A DNA stretch of 64,000 nucleotides from an uncultured Acidobacteriota bacterium. Its GTDB lineage: Bacteria > Acidobacteriota > Vicinamibacteria > Vicinamibacterales > UBA2999. The DNA lies in NCBI GenBank assembly GCA_963723495.1, contig CAVRQR010000008.1:74867-138866 (forward strand), given 5' to 3'. A program made the translations under genes and the position numbers. Below the pieces are notes generated by a model that was given only the letters and a program-made list of their open reading frames with translations, did no database searches and was not told where the DNA came from. Every line of letters starts with the position of its first letter. Position 1 is the stretch's first letter. Below, piece after piece: positions 46,989 through 55,973 of the stretch.

Positions 46989-48398
46989 TCACAGACGCGA
47001 CCGCACCCCGCGAAGACCGTAATAGTTCGCGACGCAGATATTGATCCAATGAGACTCGTCCGGCTCGACGTCCCCCCAGAACAGGCCCGACGGTCTGACC
47101 GTGATCTTGTCCACGAACACCAGACCTGTCTTCGCTGATCGCCGCAGGACCTCCGCCCGCTTCTGCTCCTCCTCGAGATATCGTGGCGCCACCCGCAAGG
47201 CTTCGTAGGCACCGCGAGTCGATGGAGAGGCGACCAGGACGATGGCGAGCGCCGCAGCAAGCGCGACATCGATCCTGGTCCGAAGGGCTCCCCTCTCCCG
47301 CCAGCGCTGGCCGAGTCGGCCCACGACTGGACGAATGGCAAGCCCGGCCACCAACATCACGATCGCAATCAGGACCAGGTAGGTCACGTTGTACGTGCGG
47401 CCCTCCCCGCTGTAGTTCACCTCGCCGTATTCCCAGTACACAGGAAACAGCGTGAGATAGGTGATCGAGATCAAGCCAACCAGCGTCGCCGCCATGGACG
47501 CCACGCATCGCTGCAGCGCAAGTTCAGCCGGCCGGACTCGAGCTGCCCACCACCAGGCCGCGAGTGCACCGAACCACAGAGGGGGATAGGCCCCGAAGCG
47601 AACGATGAATCGCCCGGTCTGCTGCGCCGTCTCGACCAACGCGTACTCGAGATTGTGGCGTGAAGGCAGCTCGGGATAGACACTGCTTCGCATCATGTTC
47701 CCCGGTGCCACAAAAGCAATCACCGTGCAGATGATGACGATACCCAGAAGCGTCAGCATAAAGCGATCGCTTGCAAAGGGCTGCGAACGATTGACAGCCA
47801 CAAAGGCGACGATCGTCGCCAGGTTGATTGGCGCCATGACTTCATTGAAGCCTGGAACGAGGACAGTCAGTGTCACCAGCGCGGTGTATCGCCACGTCTC
47901 TCCTCTGCCGGCCTTGTCGCGCCTGGCCACGCGAATGAGCAGTGACAGCCACACCAGGTAAGTGATCACTCCCCACTGATACGACGCCGCGCCCGGCATC
48001 CAGTAGAAGGCTTCGACGCCGGAGGGGAGCCCGCCGACGACGACCGCGGCAACGATGGTCGCGATCGCAGTGATGCGAACACCGGACACAGCCTTCTCCA
48101 GGAGTGCCGCGACCAGCATTCGAACGGAAACGAGTGTCGCGACGATGGTGAGAGCGGCGAACCACGGATAGATGGCGGCGATGTCGAACTGACTCACGAT
48201 GCTTTCCAGGAAGACGGCGCTGTAGCGCCCTGTCCAAGTCAGATACGAATGCACCTGCATGTACCAGAAGCCGTCCTGGCGAGTCTCGACAACGATGCAG
48301 TAGTCGTCCGCGGATGGATAGGCGAAAAAGGCGAGGGCGAGTCGCGGCAGCAGGACAGCCGTTGCCGCGGCCACGAGGATCGCAAGAACTGCGCGCAC
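46989..48398 (-). CDS. polytopic membrane protein (GT-C-like glycosyltransferase fold is possible)
   Basis: 469 aa with more than 10 TM helices. The GTG start shares 1 nt with the upstream TAG stop. Confidence 0.65.
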   Translation of the reverse strand: MRAVLAILVAAATAVLLPRLALAFFAYPSADDYCIVVETRQDGFWYMQVHSYLTWTGRYSAVFLESIVSQFDIAAIYPWFAALTIVATLVSVRMLVAALLEKAVSGVRITAIATIVAAVVVGGLPSGVEAFYWMPGAASYQWGVITYLVWLSLLIRVARRDKAGRGETWRYTALVTLTVLVPGFNEVMAPINLATIVAFVAVNRSQPFASDRFMLTLLGIVIICTVIAFVAPGNMMRSSVYPELPSRHNLEYALVETAQQTGRFIVRFGAYPPLWFGALAAWWWAARVRPAELALQRCVASMAATLVGLISITYLTLFPVYWEYGEVNYSGEGRTYNVTYLVLIAIVMLVAGLAIRPVVGRLGQRWRERGALRTRIDVALAAALAIVLVASPSTRGAYEALRVAPRYLEEEQKRAEVLRRSAKTGLVFVDKITVRPSGLFWGDVEPDESHWINICVANYYGLRGVRSRL

Positions 48399-49051
48399 TA
48401 GGGCTTTCGCGCCTGCAACCGGTGATAACCGAGTTGTCTGCGCGCTTCAGCCAGACTCTTGCCCTCGGCGACGGCGGCGCGAATCTTCTGTTCGACCTCG
48501 TCGATCTCCTCAGCGGCCGCCAGGATGGCCTCTTCATGGGCGCGCGGCAGGACGACGACACCGTCTGCATCGCCGCGCAGCAGGTCACCAGGAGCCACAC
48601 GGGCATCGCCGATGTTGACGACCGCATTGACGACTTCGACCTGGACACGGTCTTTCCCAGTCCGCATGGAGTAACTGCGACTGAAGACGGGATACCCGAG
48701 CTCCCGCGCCAGGTGGGTATCGCGGCAGGCGCCGTCGATCACCGTCCCTGCAACGCCGCGCTGGTGTGCGACCCAGGTGAGGATGTCGCCCCACACGGTC
48801 GCATTCTCGCGTCCACCGTTGTCCAGCACCACGACGCTGCCGGGCAGCACATCGTCGATGTAATCACCCACCGTTCCGGGAGGATTGCCCGCGGGACCAT
48901 ACAGAATCGTGTACGCGCGGCCGGTCAGCCTGAAGCGGGGATCCAGCGGCTTGATGTTCAGGCACTGGCCGGCGATACCGAGGCGATCGAGGGCATCGCT
49001 GATCGAGGTCGTATCGAGCTTCGAGGCACGATCGAGATTGGAGTCGTTCAC
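48398..49051 (-). CDS. RraA family protein (LigK/CHA-aldolase-like)
   Basis: 217 aa. ISDALDRLGI...GDILTWVAHQRGVAGTVIDGACRD...PGDLLRGDADGVVVLP shows the RraA-fold motifs. Confidence 0.85.
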   Translation of the reverse strand: MNDSNLDRASKLDTTSISDALDRLGIAGQCLNIKPLDPRFRLTGRAYTILYGPAGNPPGTVGDYIDDVLPGSVVVLDNGGRENATVWGDILTWVAHQRGVAGTVIDGACRDTHLARELGYPVFSRSYSMRTGKDRVQVEVVNAVVNIGDARVAPGDLLRGDADGVVVLPRAHEEAILAAAEEIDEVEQKIRAAVAEGKSLAEARRQLGYHRLQARKP

Positions 49052-49078
49052 GCGACTATGCCCTCACGTCTCTCCACA

Positions 49079-49732
49079 TCACTTCTTCAACATCGTCTCG
49101 TAGCTCTTCCCCATCACCTGGGTCACCGGGACGCCATCGCGCAGCGCCGCGACCATCGCGCGTTCGCGCGCGGCCACCGCCTCGGCGGCTTCGAGTACCG
49201 CTTCAATCTCGCGCGCCGCGACAAAGACAATCCCGGTGCCATCGGCAACGACGTAGTCCCCTGGCGACACCGCAACGTCCGAGACGATGATCGGCACGTT
49301 GGTACCGGTCTCCACGATTCGTCCGCGCGCGGTGTGTGGCGTACGGCTGCGCGCAAAGAGGGGAAACCCGTAGCCCTGAGCCTCGTCGACGTCGCGCGCC
49401 GGGCCATCGACGATCACGCCGGCGACTCCACGCAACTGCGCGGCACACGACAGGTTGCCACCCCAGCTCGCCGCGTCGATTCCCGTGCGCTGCTCGATCA
49501 CGATGACATCACCTGGCTGGGCGGCTTCGACAGCCGTCGTTCCGAGGTGGCGCGACGCGGCCGGACGGCCATCGTCTGCCTCGAGCTTGACCGTGACGAC
49601 TCGCCCGGAAATGCGGCGGTCGGTCGCGAGCCGCTCAATCCCGGAGGCGACGCCTTTCAGCCCGAGCTTGTCCAGCGCGTCTGAGACTGCACAGGAATCG
49701 AGTTGTGCCAGGCGGGTCGTTAGTTCGATCAT
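49079..49732 (-). CDS. RraA family protein, second paralogue
   Basis: 217 aa. VSDALDKLGL...GGNLSCAAQLRGVAGVIVDGPARD...PGDYVVADGTGIVFV. Confidence 0.85.
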   Translation of the reverse strand: MIELTTRLAQLDSCAVSDALDKLGLKGVASGIERLATDRRISGRVVTVKLEADDGRPAASRHLGTTAVEAAQPGDVIVIEQRTGIDAASWGGNLSCAAQLRGVAGVIVDGPARDVDEAQGYGFPLFARSRTPHTARGRIVETGTNVPIIVSDVAVSPGDYVVADGTGIVFVAAREIEAVLEAAEAVAARERAMVAALRDGVPVTQVMGKSYETMLKK

Positions 49733-49755
49733 CGCAGCCCAGAATCCCTCAATAA

Positions 49756-49801
49756 ATCAACAATCAACAATCTGCAATCAACAACGAATCAACAATCAAC
49801 G
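49756..49801. repeat. heptamer tandem repeat (ATCAACA)n in an intercistronic spacer
   Basis: ATCAACA ATCAACA ATCTGCA ATCAACA acga ATCAACA ATCAACG. The array is not self-complementary. On the transcribed minus strand it reads (UGUUGAU)n. Confidence 0.85.
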
Positions 49802-49822
49802 GTCACCAGATCAGCAATGTTC

Positions 49823-50815
49823 TTATTGCCAGTAAGCAAAGCACATCGCGTTGCCGGTCCCCGCCTCCGAGCGGTAGCAGGGAACGTAGTCCACCTGGTG
49901 ATACCTGAGGCCGGCTGCATTCATCGCGGCGATGACTGGGACCCAGTTCTTGATCTCCGCGGTTCCAACCTTGAAGAAATTCTCGGGCAGCGACGCGAGC
50001 GCAGCCTCGTCGCCGCTCTTCATGGCCGCGATCACCTTCTGATCGAAGTCCTCGTCGATCACGAAGTGCGTCAAGCCGCCCGATGCCATCAGTGCCACGC
50101 GCTTGAATCCATCGAACGTCTTGATCGCCCGGGCGAGCGCCCGCCCCAGGTCGAGACAGCGTTGCACCTTGGGCGTGTTGTGCGGGAAGTGCACGTTCAG
50201 AATGATCGGCACACTCGGCGGCGTCTGGTCCTGCAGAATCGTGTGGTAGAAGAAGCCGTAGGCGTGGGGGATTCCGCCGCGCGGTGCTCCGCTCGGCGTG
50301 TCATCGGATTGCGCCAGGTCGAAGTTCTCGTCGCCCAACGATCGCAGGATGTGGTCGGCGAGCGCCGTGGCCCCCGGATAGGTCGCGCCCTCGGCCGGAG
50401 AGTTGGCTGGTTCAGCGATGTTCAGTCCCGGCGCATCTTCGTTCAGATGTTGAACGTTGCTGATCCTGGCGCCGCGGTAGATGGTGATCGCCGGGGTCAG
50501 ACCAGCATTGAAGAACTCACGCTGATCGTTGCCGAGAATCACCACCGCGTCGGGAGCGACCTCATTGAACTTCTTGCCGAGCGACTCGAGCGCCGCGCGG
50601 CACTGCAGGAAGCGCTCCCGTCGTTTCTCGACCGTGATCTCGTGCGCGAACCCGGGCGCACGCGACTTCAGCAGCGCCTCGTAGTCGTAGGTCTTGCCGC
50701 GGAACCAGTGGTTCTTGTTCTCGCGGTCGGCCTTGGCGCGCAGGTCCCACTGCTCCGGCGGTGTCGACAGCAAGGGCCCATGCGATGAGCCGATCCCCAG
50801 GACGATCTCTGCCAT
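49823..50815 (-). CDS. class III extradiol ring-cleavage dioxygenase (LigB family)
   Basis: The N-terminus MAEIVLGIGSSHGPLL and ...ASGGLTHFV... are typical LigB-fold His ligand segments. AAGGAG lies 8 nt upstream. Confidence 0.8.
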   Translation of the reverse strand: MAEIVLGIGSSHGPLLSTPPEQWDLRAKADRENKNHWFRGKTYDYEALLKSRAPGFAHEITVEKRRERFLQCRAALESLGKKFNEVAPDAVVILGNDQREFFNAGLTPAITIYRGARISNVQHLNEDAPGLNIAEPANSPAEGATYPGATALADHILRSLGDENFDLAQSDDTPSGAPRGGIPHAYGFFYHTILQDQTPPSVPIILNVHFPHNTPKVQRCLDLGRALARAIKTFDGFKRVALMASGGLTHFVIDEDFDQKVIAAMKSGDEAALASLPENFFKVGTAEIKNWVPVIAAMNAAGLRYHQVDYVPCYRSEAGTGNAMCFAYWQ

Positions 50816-50830
50816 TTACGCTGCTCCTTG

Positions 50831-50945
50831 TAATTCTGAATTGAGAATTCAGAATTCAGAATCCAATCCACCTTCAGAACGTAGACCGTTCGTGTAAGCA
50901 CCATCGCTTCTGCATTCTGCAATTCTGAATTCAGAATTGCAGTAA
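50831..50945. repeat. AT-rich long imperfect palindrome built from GAATTCAGAAT words
   Basis: Left arm taattctgaattgagaattcagaattcagaatccaatcc (50831-50868). Right arm ttctgcattctgcaattctgaattcagaattgcagtaat (50908-50945). The loop is about 40 nt. Confidence 0.8.
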
Positions 50946-51719
50946 TCACCTCTCAGGTCTCCATCTCGAGAACCGTTTCTCCAGCTGTTCGGCCAGCCAC
51001 GTGAGCGTGATTCCGGCAATCGCGATAATCGCCACGCCCAGGAACACGGTGTCGGTCTGAAACGTCTGACCGCCGTAGTTGACCATGAAGCCGATGCCTT
51101 CGCTGCCGCCGAACATCTCGCCCACGACAACGCCGATCAGCCCGAGTGAGACGGCCTGACGGACGCCCGTCAGGATGAACGGCACGGCGCCGGGCACGAC
51201 GACGGTCTTGAAAATCTGCCAGTCTGATGCACAGTAGGCGCGCGCGGCCCGCAGCAGGTCGACGTCGATCGCTCTGACACCGCCGATCGTGTTGATCAGT
51301 ACCGGGAACACGGCGTTAATGAACACGATGAAGACCTTCGACCACATGCCAATCCCGAACCAGATCAACACCAGCGGAACGAGCGCCACGCGCGGTGTCG
51401 AATACAGCGTGGTCACGAACGGATCGACGATCATCGCCAGCCGCTTGTACCAACCGATCAGCACGCCGAAGACGACACCGACCGCGATCGCCATCCCGAC
51501 GCCGATCGCGAAGTTGAGGCCGCTGTAGGCCATGTCCTGCTTCAACCGCCCGTTCGTCCATTCGTCGACGAAGCGCGTCACGACAGACGAGGGTCCGGTG
51601 AAGAACAACGGTGAAATCTTCCCCGCCGACCACAGCGCCTGCCACGCGATGAGGGCCACAATGACGGCAATGCCACCGAGGATCAGCCGCTCGTTCTTCT
51701 GGTAGAAGGTGCGGTCCAC
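50946..51719 (-). CDS. ABC transporter permease (NitT/TauT family)
   Basis: 257 aa with 6 TM helices and a BPD-type permease EAA-like loop. Confidence 0.9.
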   Translation of the reverse strand: MDRTFYQKNERLILGGIAVIVALIAWQALWSAGKISPLFFTGPSSVVTRFVDEWTNGRLKQDMAYSGLNFAIGVGMAIAVGVVFGVLIGWYKRLAMIVDPFVTTLYSTPRVALVPLVLIWFGIGMWSKVFIVFINAVFPVLINTIGGVRAIDVDLLRAARAYCASDWQIFKTVVVPGAVPFILTGVRQAVSLGLIGVVVGEMFGGSEGIGFMVNYGGQTFQTDTVFLGVAIIAIAGITLTWLAEQLEKRFSRWRPER

Positions 51720-52516
51720 TAGCCTGCCGCCTTTGTCATGCCGATCCGTTCCGGCGACTCCTCGACCATCTGCCAGATCTTCTCCTCGATCTCGACGAAG
51801 CGAGCATCCCGCTTCAGCGCGAGCCCGCGTGGCCGCTCGAACGGGACCTCGACGATTCCCTTGACCCGTCCGGGACGGGCGCTCATCACCGTGACGCGAT
51901 CGGCCAGATAGACGGCCTCGTTGATCTGGTGCGTGATGAAGAGCACGGTCTTCCTGGCCTCGCTCCAGATCTTCAACAGTTCGGCCTGCATGAATTCCCG
52001 GGTCTGGGCATCGAGTGCGGCAAAGGGCTCATCCATCAGCAGCACGACCGGGTCGGCCGCCAGTGCTCTCGCCAGGTTGACTCGCTGCTGCATGCCTCCA
52101 GAGAGTTCCGACGGATAGTGACGCTCGAACCCATTCAACCCCACGAGTTGGATGAAATGCTCGGTCCGGGTGCGCATGACCTCGCGATCGAAGCGGCGCT
52201 GCATCTCCATCCCGTAACGGACGTTGCCCGCCACCGTGCGCCACGGCAGCAGGCTCGCCTGCTGAAAGACGACCGCCCGCTCGACGCCGGGCCCCTCGAC
52301 CTTCTTGCCGTCGATGATGACGCTGCCGGCGTCGTAGCGAAGCAGGCCCGCAACGATGTTGAGGAGCGACGTCTTGCCGCAGCCGCTCGGCCCGACGATC
52401 GCCATGAACTCACCGTCGGCCACCGAGAGCGAGATGTCCGACAGGGCCACCACCTGCCGGCGTTCCCGCTCGACGTCGTAGTGTTTGGTGAGGCCTCTGA
52501 TCTCCAGCTTGTTCAT
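51719..52516 (-). CDS. ABC transporter ATP-binding protein (NitT/TauT family)
   Basis: Contains GPSGCGKTS (Walker A), LSGGMQQRV (signature) and LLMDEPF (Walker B). Confidence 0.9.
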   Translation of the reverse strand: MNKLEIRGLTKHYDVERERRQVVALSDISLSVADGEFMAIVGPSGCGKTSLLNIVAGLLRYDAGSVIIDGKKVEGPGVERAVVFQQASLLPWRTVAGNVRYGMEMQRRFDREVMRTRTEHFIQLVGLNGFERHYPSELSGGMQQRVNLARALAADPVVLLMDEPFAALDAQTREFMQAELLKIWSEARKTVLFITHQINEAVYLADRVTVMSARPGRVKGIVEVPFERPRGLALKRDARFVEIEEKIWQMVEESPERIGMTKAAG

Positions 52517-52524
52517 CCGGCGTG

Positions 52525-53577
52525 TTATCTGAAGGCGAGCTTTGCCTTGCTCTGCTCCTCGGCCTTCACGCCGGGGCCGAAGACCTGCTGGAAGAATCCT
52601 TCCTTCACCAGCCTGTCGATGACGCTGTTGTCCACGACCTTGTGGAAGTCGAACCCCTTGAGGTCGGCGGCGATCCGCGGGTCCACCTGCTGCGAGAGCG
52701 TCGCCTTGACGGCGCCCGCCATCACGTACGGGACGCGCTCGAAGATGTCGCCCTTCTTGTACAGGTCGTAGATGCGCGAGACATCGGCCTCAGGCTGCTT
52801 GTCGAACGCGATGTACGCCTTCATGGCGAATGGCTTGTCGTCGTAGAAGCGCTTGATGGCCTCGGCGTGCGCCTTGATGATCGATTCGGTGAGCTTCGGA
52901 TTGTCGGTCGTCGCCTTGCGCGCAAACAGGTACACAGTCGACAGGAAGACCGACGGGTGATCGGCGAGGTTGGCGAGCACCGGGAAGCCGGCTTCTTCGA
53001 GACGGAAGTAGTTCGGTGCCGTCAGCAGCGTCGCGTCAGCACGGTTGGTCTGCAGCGCCGCCGCACGTCCACTCACGTCAGTGCCGACCGGAATCCATTG
53101 CACATCGCGGGCGCCGAGCCCGAGCGTACCGAGCAGGGCAATGGAATAGTTGTACGGGGCGTCACCAATCTGCCCCACCGCGAAGCGCTTGCCCTTGAGA
53201 TCTTTCGTCGTCAGTCCCTTCTGGGCGACCAGGGCGAAGAGACCTTTGTTGGAGGAACTCCCCATGAGCGTGAACGCATTCGCATCGCGGGTGCCGGCAA
53301 TCATGCCCTGCTCGAGCGAGTGATTCACCATCACCGCCTGACCGCTCGTGAGCATCGCCACGCCGGTGGGGTGCACGCCGAACTGCAGGTCGACGTCGAG
53401 CCCGTACTTCTTGTAGTAGCCGCCTTCCCGGGCAATATAGAGATGCCAGGAGGCGCCGCTGCGCGTCGGGTAGTTGATGGTGACCTTCTGCAGGCCCTGC
53501 GCTCCGGGACTGCCCACCAGGCTGACGATCGCCGCAGCCACGGCAACGACGAGAACAGCTGCAGTGCTCTTTTTCAT
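52525..53577 (-). CDS. ABC transporter substrate-binding protein (NMT1/THI5-like)
   Basis: 350 aa with a signal peptide and an SsuA/NMT1-type periplasmic-binding layout. Its start overlaps the upstream stop. Confidence 0.8.
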   Translation of the reverse strand: MKKSTAAVLVVAVAAAIVSLVGSPGAQGLQKVTINYPTRSGASWHLYIAREGGYYKKYGLDVDLQFGVHPTGVAMLTSGQAVMVNHSLEQGMIAGTRDANAFTLMGSSSNKGLFALVAQKGLTTKDLKGKRFAVGQIGDAPYNYSIALLGTLGLGARDVQWIPVGTDVSGRAAALQTNRADATLLTAPNYFRLEEAGFPVLANLADHPSVFLSTVYLFARKATTDNPKLTESIIKAHAEAIKRFYDDKPFAMKAYIAFDKQPEADVSRIYDLYKKGDIFERVPYVMAGAVKATLSQQVDPRIAADLKGFDFHKVVDNSVIDRLVKEGFFQQVFGPGVKAEEQSKAKLAFR

Positions 53578-54596
53578 ACAGTCGCCTTCTCGGGCACCTT
53601 CAGGTTGAACAGCTTCTTCGCGTTGTCCTCGAAGATCATCTTCTTGTCGGCTGCGCTCAGCCAGTCGATCGCCTCAATCGTAAACCGCGTCTCGTCCAGC
53701 CATCGTCCCGTGCGCGGATCGAGCACGGTGCCGACACCCGGCCGCTCGGTCCCGAACAGGCATCGATCGACGCCAACGGTCTTGAAGAGCAGCTCGAGCG
53801 CGTCCTTCGAGTACAGCACCGTGTCGTAGTACAGATGCCGCATCTGGTCCGAGAATCGCGGTCCGCCTTTGCGCCGCAACGAGCCGGCCTCGAACCGGGC
53901 GAACTGATACGGGATGGCGCCGCCGCCGTGCGACACCAGGATCTTCAGCGCGGGAAAGTCCTTGAAGACGTCCGAGTTGAGGAGCGATACGACGGCCACG
54001 CTCTCCTCGTTGATGAAGTGCAGCGAGTACGGCAGGCGCTCCGATCGGCAGCCTGTTGAATGGATGTGCCCGGGAATGTCGAGCTCCACCATTTTCTCGT
54101 AGAGCGGATACCAGAATCGATCGCCGAGCGGTGGCGTTTCGACGCCGCTGCATTCACCAGGATCGGGGTTGAGCAGGAAGCCGACGAAGCCGCGCTCCTT
54201 GATGCACTTCTCGAGGTACGGCAGCACGGCCTTTGGGCTGACACCAGGGGTCAGCGGCAGACCGCAGACGCCGCGGAAGGTGTCGGGATACAGCTCCACC
54301 TGCTTCGCGATGATGTTATTGGTCTCTTCGACGAACCACTGCACGAGCCTGGGGTTCTCGCTCGTCATCATCTGATACGGGCGCGGCGAGATCAGCTGCA
54401 CGTCGGTGCCGACCTCTTTGAGCTGATCGAGATGCGAGCTGCCGCCAAAGACGGGCGAGTTGAGCGCTTCCCTGACGTCCTCCTCGACCGCCAGATTGCC
54501 GCCGCGGCCATGCGCGCCGCGATGCGCGAGGATCTGCGCCTTGTAGACGTAGAGGCTGTCAGGCGCGGTGACGTGTCCGTGTGAATCGATGACCAT
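53574..54596 (-). CDS. ligJ: 4-oxalomesaconate hydratase-like amidohydrolase
   Basis: MVIDSHGHV..., ISPRPYQMM, GFLLNPDP, PPLGDRFWYPLYEKMVELDIPGHIHSTG, SLHFINEE, VSHGGGAIPYQFARFE and LSAADKKMIFEDNAKKLFNL match Sphingobium LigJ closely, from memory. Confidence 0.75.
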   Translation of the reverse strand: MVIDSHGHVTAPDSLYVYKAQILAHRGAHGRGGNLAVEEDVREALNSPVFGGSSHLDQLKEVGTDVQLISPRPYQMMTSENPRLVQWFVEETNNIIAKQVELYPDTFRGVCGLPLTPGVSPKAVLPYLEKCIKERGFVGFLLNPDPGECSGVETPPLGDRFWYPLYEKMVELDIPGHIHSTGCRSERLPYSLHFINEESVAVVSLLNSDVFKDFPALKILVSHGGGAIPYQFARFEAGSLRRKGGPRFSDQMRHLYYDTVLYSKDALELLFKTVGVDRCLFGTERPGVGTVLDPRTGRWLDETRFTIEAIDWLSAADKKMIFEDNAKKLFNLKVPEKATV

Positions 54597-54645
54597 GCAG
54601 AACCTCCGACCCGGAACGCGAAACTACAAATACTTGCGTCAATTT

Positions 54646-54720
54646 CCAATCCCCACTCCCAACTCCCAAATCCCGAACTGCCTGGGACCCTCGGGAGTTT
54701 GATCTTGGAAGCTGGGAGTT
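54646..54720. repeat. imperfect palindrome, word family CCAACTCCCAA/GGGAGTT, intercistronic
   Basis: The left arm ccaatccccactcccaactcccaaatcccgaa faces the right arm ctcgggagtttgatcttggaagctgggagtt. Confidence 0.7.
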
Positions 54721-55734
54721 TCAGTCATCCAGTTTCATTATCGCGGCGGCATTCCGCCAGTAGATCCGCTCCCGGTCGTCCTCGGAGATCGGCAGCCTGT
54801 CGACGATCGCGATCGTCTCGCGGATATACATCGGGCCCTTCTCGGGATCGAACGGGGCGTCCGACGCAAAGAGCACATTGGGCACACCGTAGAAATCGAG
54901 GCCACAGACCGTAGCCTCGTACGCCCCGAACAGTGCCGTGTCGGCGTAGAACATCTTGAAGTAGTCGAGCGGCCGCTTCTTGAGCAGCTTCAGGACCAGC
55001 GAAAGATCCCGATCCGACGTGCGCGCACCCAGTTGATCCCATCCGGGACCGACGCGCCCGGCGAAATACGGCACCATCGCCCCCATGTGATGCGCGATGA
55101 TCTTGAGCGACGGCCAGCGATCGAACAGACCGGCAAAGACGATGCGCGCCATGGCCGCACTCGTGTCGTACGGCCATCCAAAGGTCCACCAGATCTCGAA
55201 CTCGGAAGCCTGCTCGTTCAGGTAGTCCGGGAAGTCCGCCCCGCGATACGGGTGCAGCCATATCGGCAGGTCGTATTCGGCCATGGCCTCGAAGAGCGGC
55301 AGGAACTCCGGCGAGACGAGCGGCTTGCCCAGCACGTTCGAGTAAATCTGAATGCCCTTCGCCCCAAGCTCCGTCACCGCGCGATGCGCTTCAGTGAGTG
55401 CCGCTTCCGGCGCGTTCATTGGAAGGGCCGCAGCAAAGGCGACGAAGTGGTCAGGATACTTCTCGACCAGCTCGGCCATGCTGTCGTTGGCAATGCGCGC
55501 CAGCTCGATCGCCTGATCCGGCGTGGCGAAGAGCTCGATCGGTGGCGTCGGCAGCGACAGCACCTGCTGATACTCCGGGAACGTCTCCATCACGCGGAAC
55601 CGGACGTCCAGATCGTGCAGCATCGGCACGCCGCGGGTGCGCTTGCCGATGTCCTTGAGGCCGCCGGCGATTCGCTCGACAGCTTCCGAGTAGCCCGGTG
55701 GCGATATGTGGGTAAAGACGTCGATCTTGCGCAT
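54721..55734 (-). CDS. amidohydrolase-2 family decarboxylase (ACMSD/LigW-like)
   Basis: ATG 55734 gives MRKIDVFTHISPPGY..., with IWLHPYRG...IIAHHMGAMVPYF...LFASDAPF. This is the metal-dependent ACMSD-type pattern. Confidence 0.8.
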   Translation of the reverse strand: MRKIDVFTHISPPGYSEAVERIAGGLKDIGKRTRGVPMLHDLDVRFRVMETFPEYQQVLSLPTPPIELFATPDQAIELARIANDSMAELVEKYPDHFVAFAAALPMNAPEAALTEAHRAVTELGAKGIQIYSNVLGKPLVSPEFLPLFEAMAEYDLPIWLHPYRGADFPDYLNEQASEFEIWWTFGWPYDTSAAMARIVFAGLFDRWPSLKIIAHHMGAMVPYFAGRVGPGWDQLGARTSDRDLSLVLKLLKKRPLDYFKMFYADTALFGAYEATVCGLDFYGVPNVLFASDAPFDPEKGPMYIRETIAIVDRLPISEDDRERIYWRNAAAIMKLDD

Positions 55735-55973
55735 CAGCCTGCGAGCCCTTCCAGTCCACGGCACATGCCGAGTCGAGTGGAAGGGATTCTACCTTTTGAC
55801 GGTAGAGCGGCTGAAATCAGGAATCGATCGGAAGACTGGTTCCTGGGGACGCCCACGCGGCCCGGCGGGCGAATCCGTCGCGCGCTCCGGAATGCCCGAA
55901 CGCGAAACGGCGGCCGTCAGCGCCGCGAGGACGGAGCCAAAGTGTGAGCGCGTGTGTGCCCGACCCGTTCGAT

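Noticed and set aside
49817-50788. Long ORFs exactly antisense to real genes. Examples: 49817..50788 (+) against ligB-family; 6717..7736 (-) against ATP-grasp; 23343..24146 (+) against SDR; 425..1315 (-) against hemE; 41668..43110 (-) against the TonB-dependent receptor; 52522..53829 (+) against the SBP; 48314..49684 (+) against the RraA genes.
   Set aside because: Their translations are Arg/Gly/His/Asp-rich low-information sequence with no motifs. The opposite strand encodes clearly recognisable families. In GC-rich genomes the antisense frame of a gene is often stop-free.
50831-50945. The cluster of GAATTC (EcoRI) sites as a restriction-modification signature or cloning-vector remnant.
   Set aside because: The sites are part of a degenerate word array with the same palindromic architecture as the GC-rich spacer elements elsewhere in the window. 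No vector-like sequence or RM genes are adjacent.
54614-54624. The shared 11-mer GAACGCGAAAC at 54614-54624 and 55898-55908, upstream of both amidohydrolase genes, as a candidate operator. The same applies to other exact shared k-mers of 13 nt or fewer between spacers.
   Set aside because: Exact matches of this length are expected many times by chance in a 64-kb GC-rich window when both strands are considered. Without a statistical test or more copies, this is not evidence.
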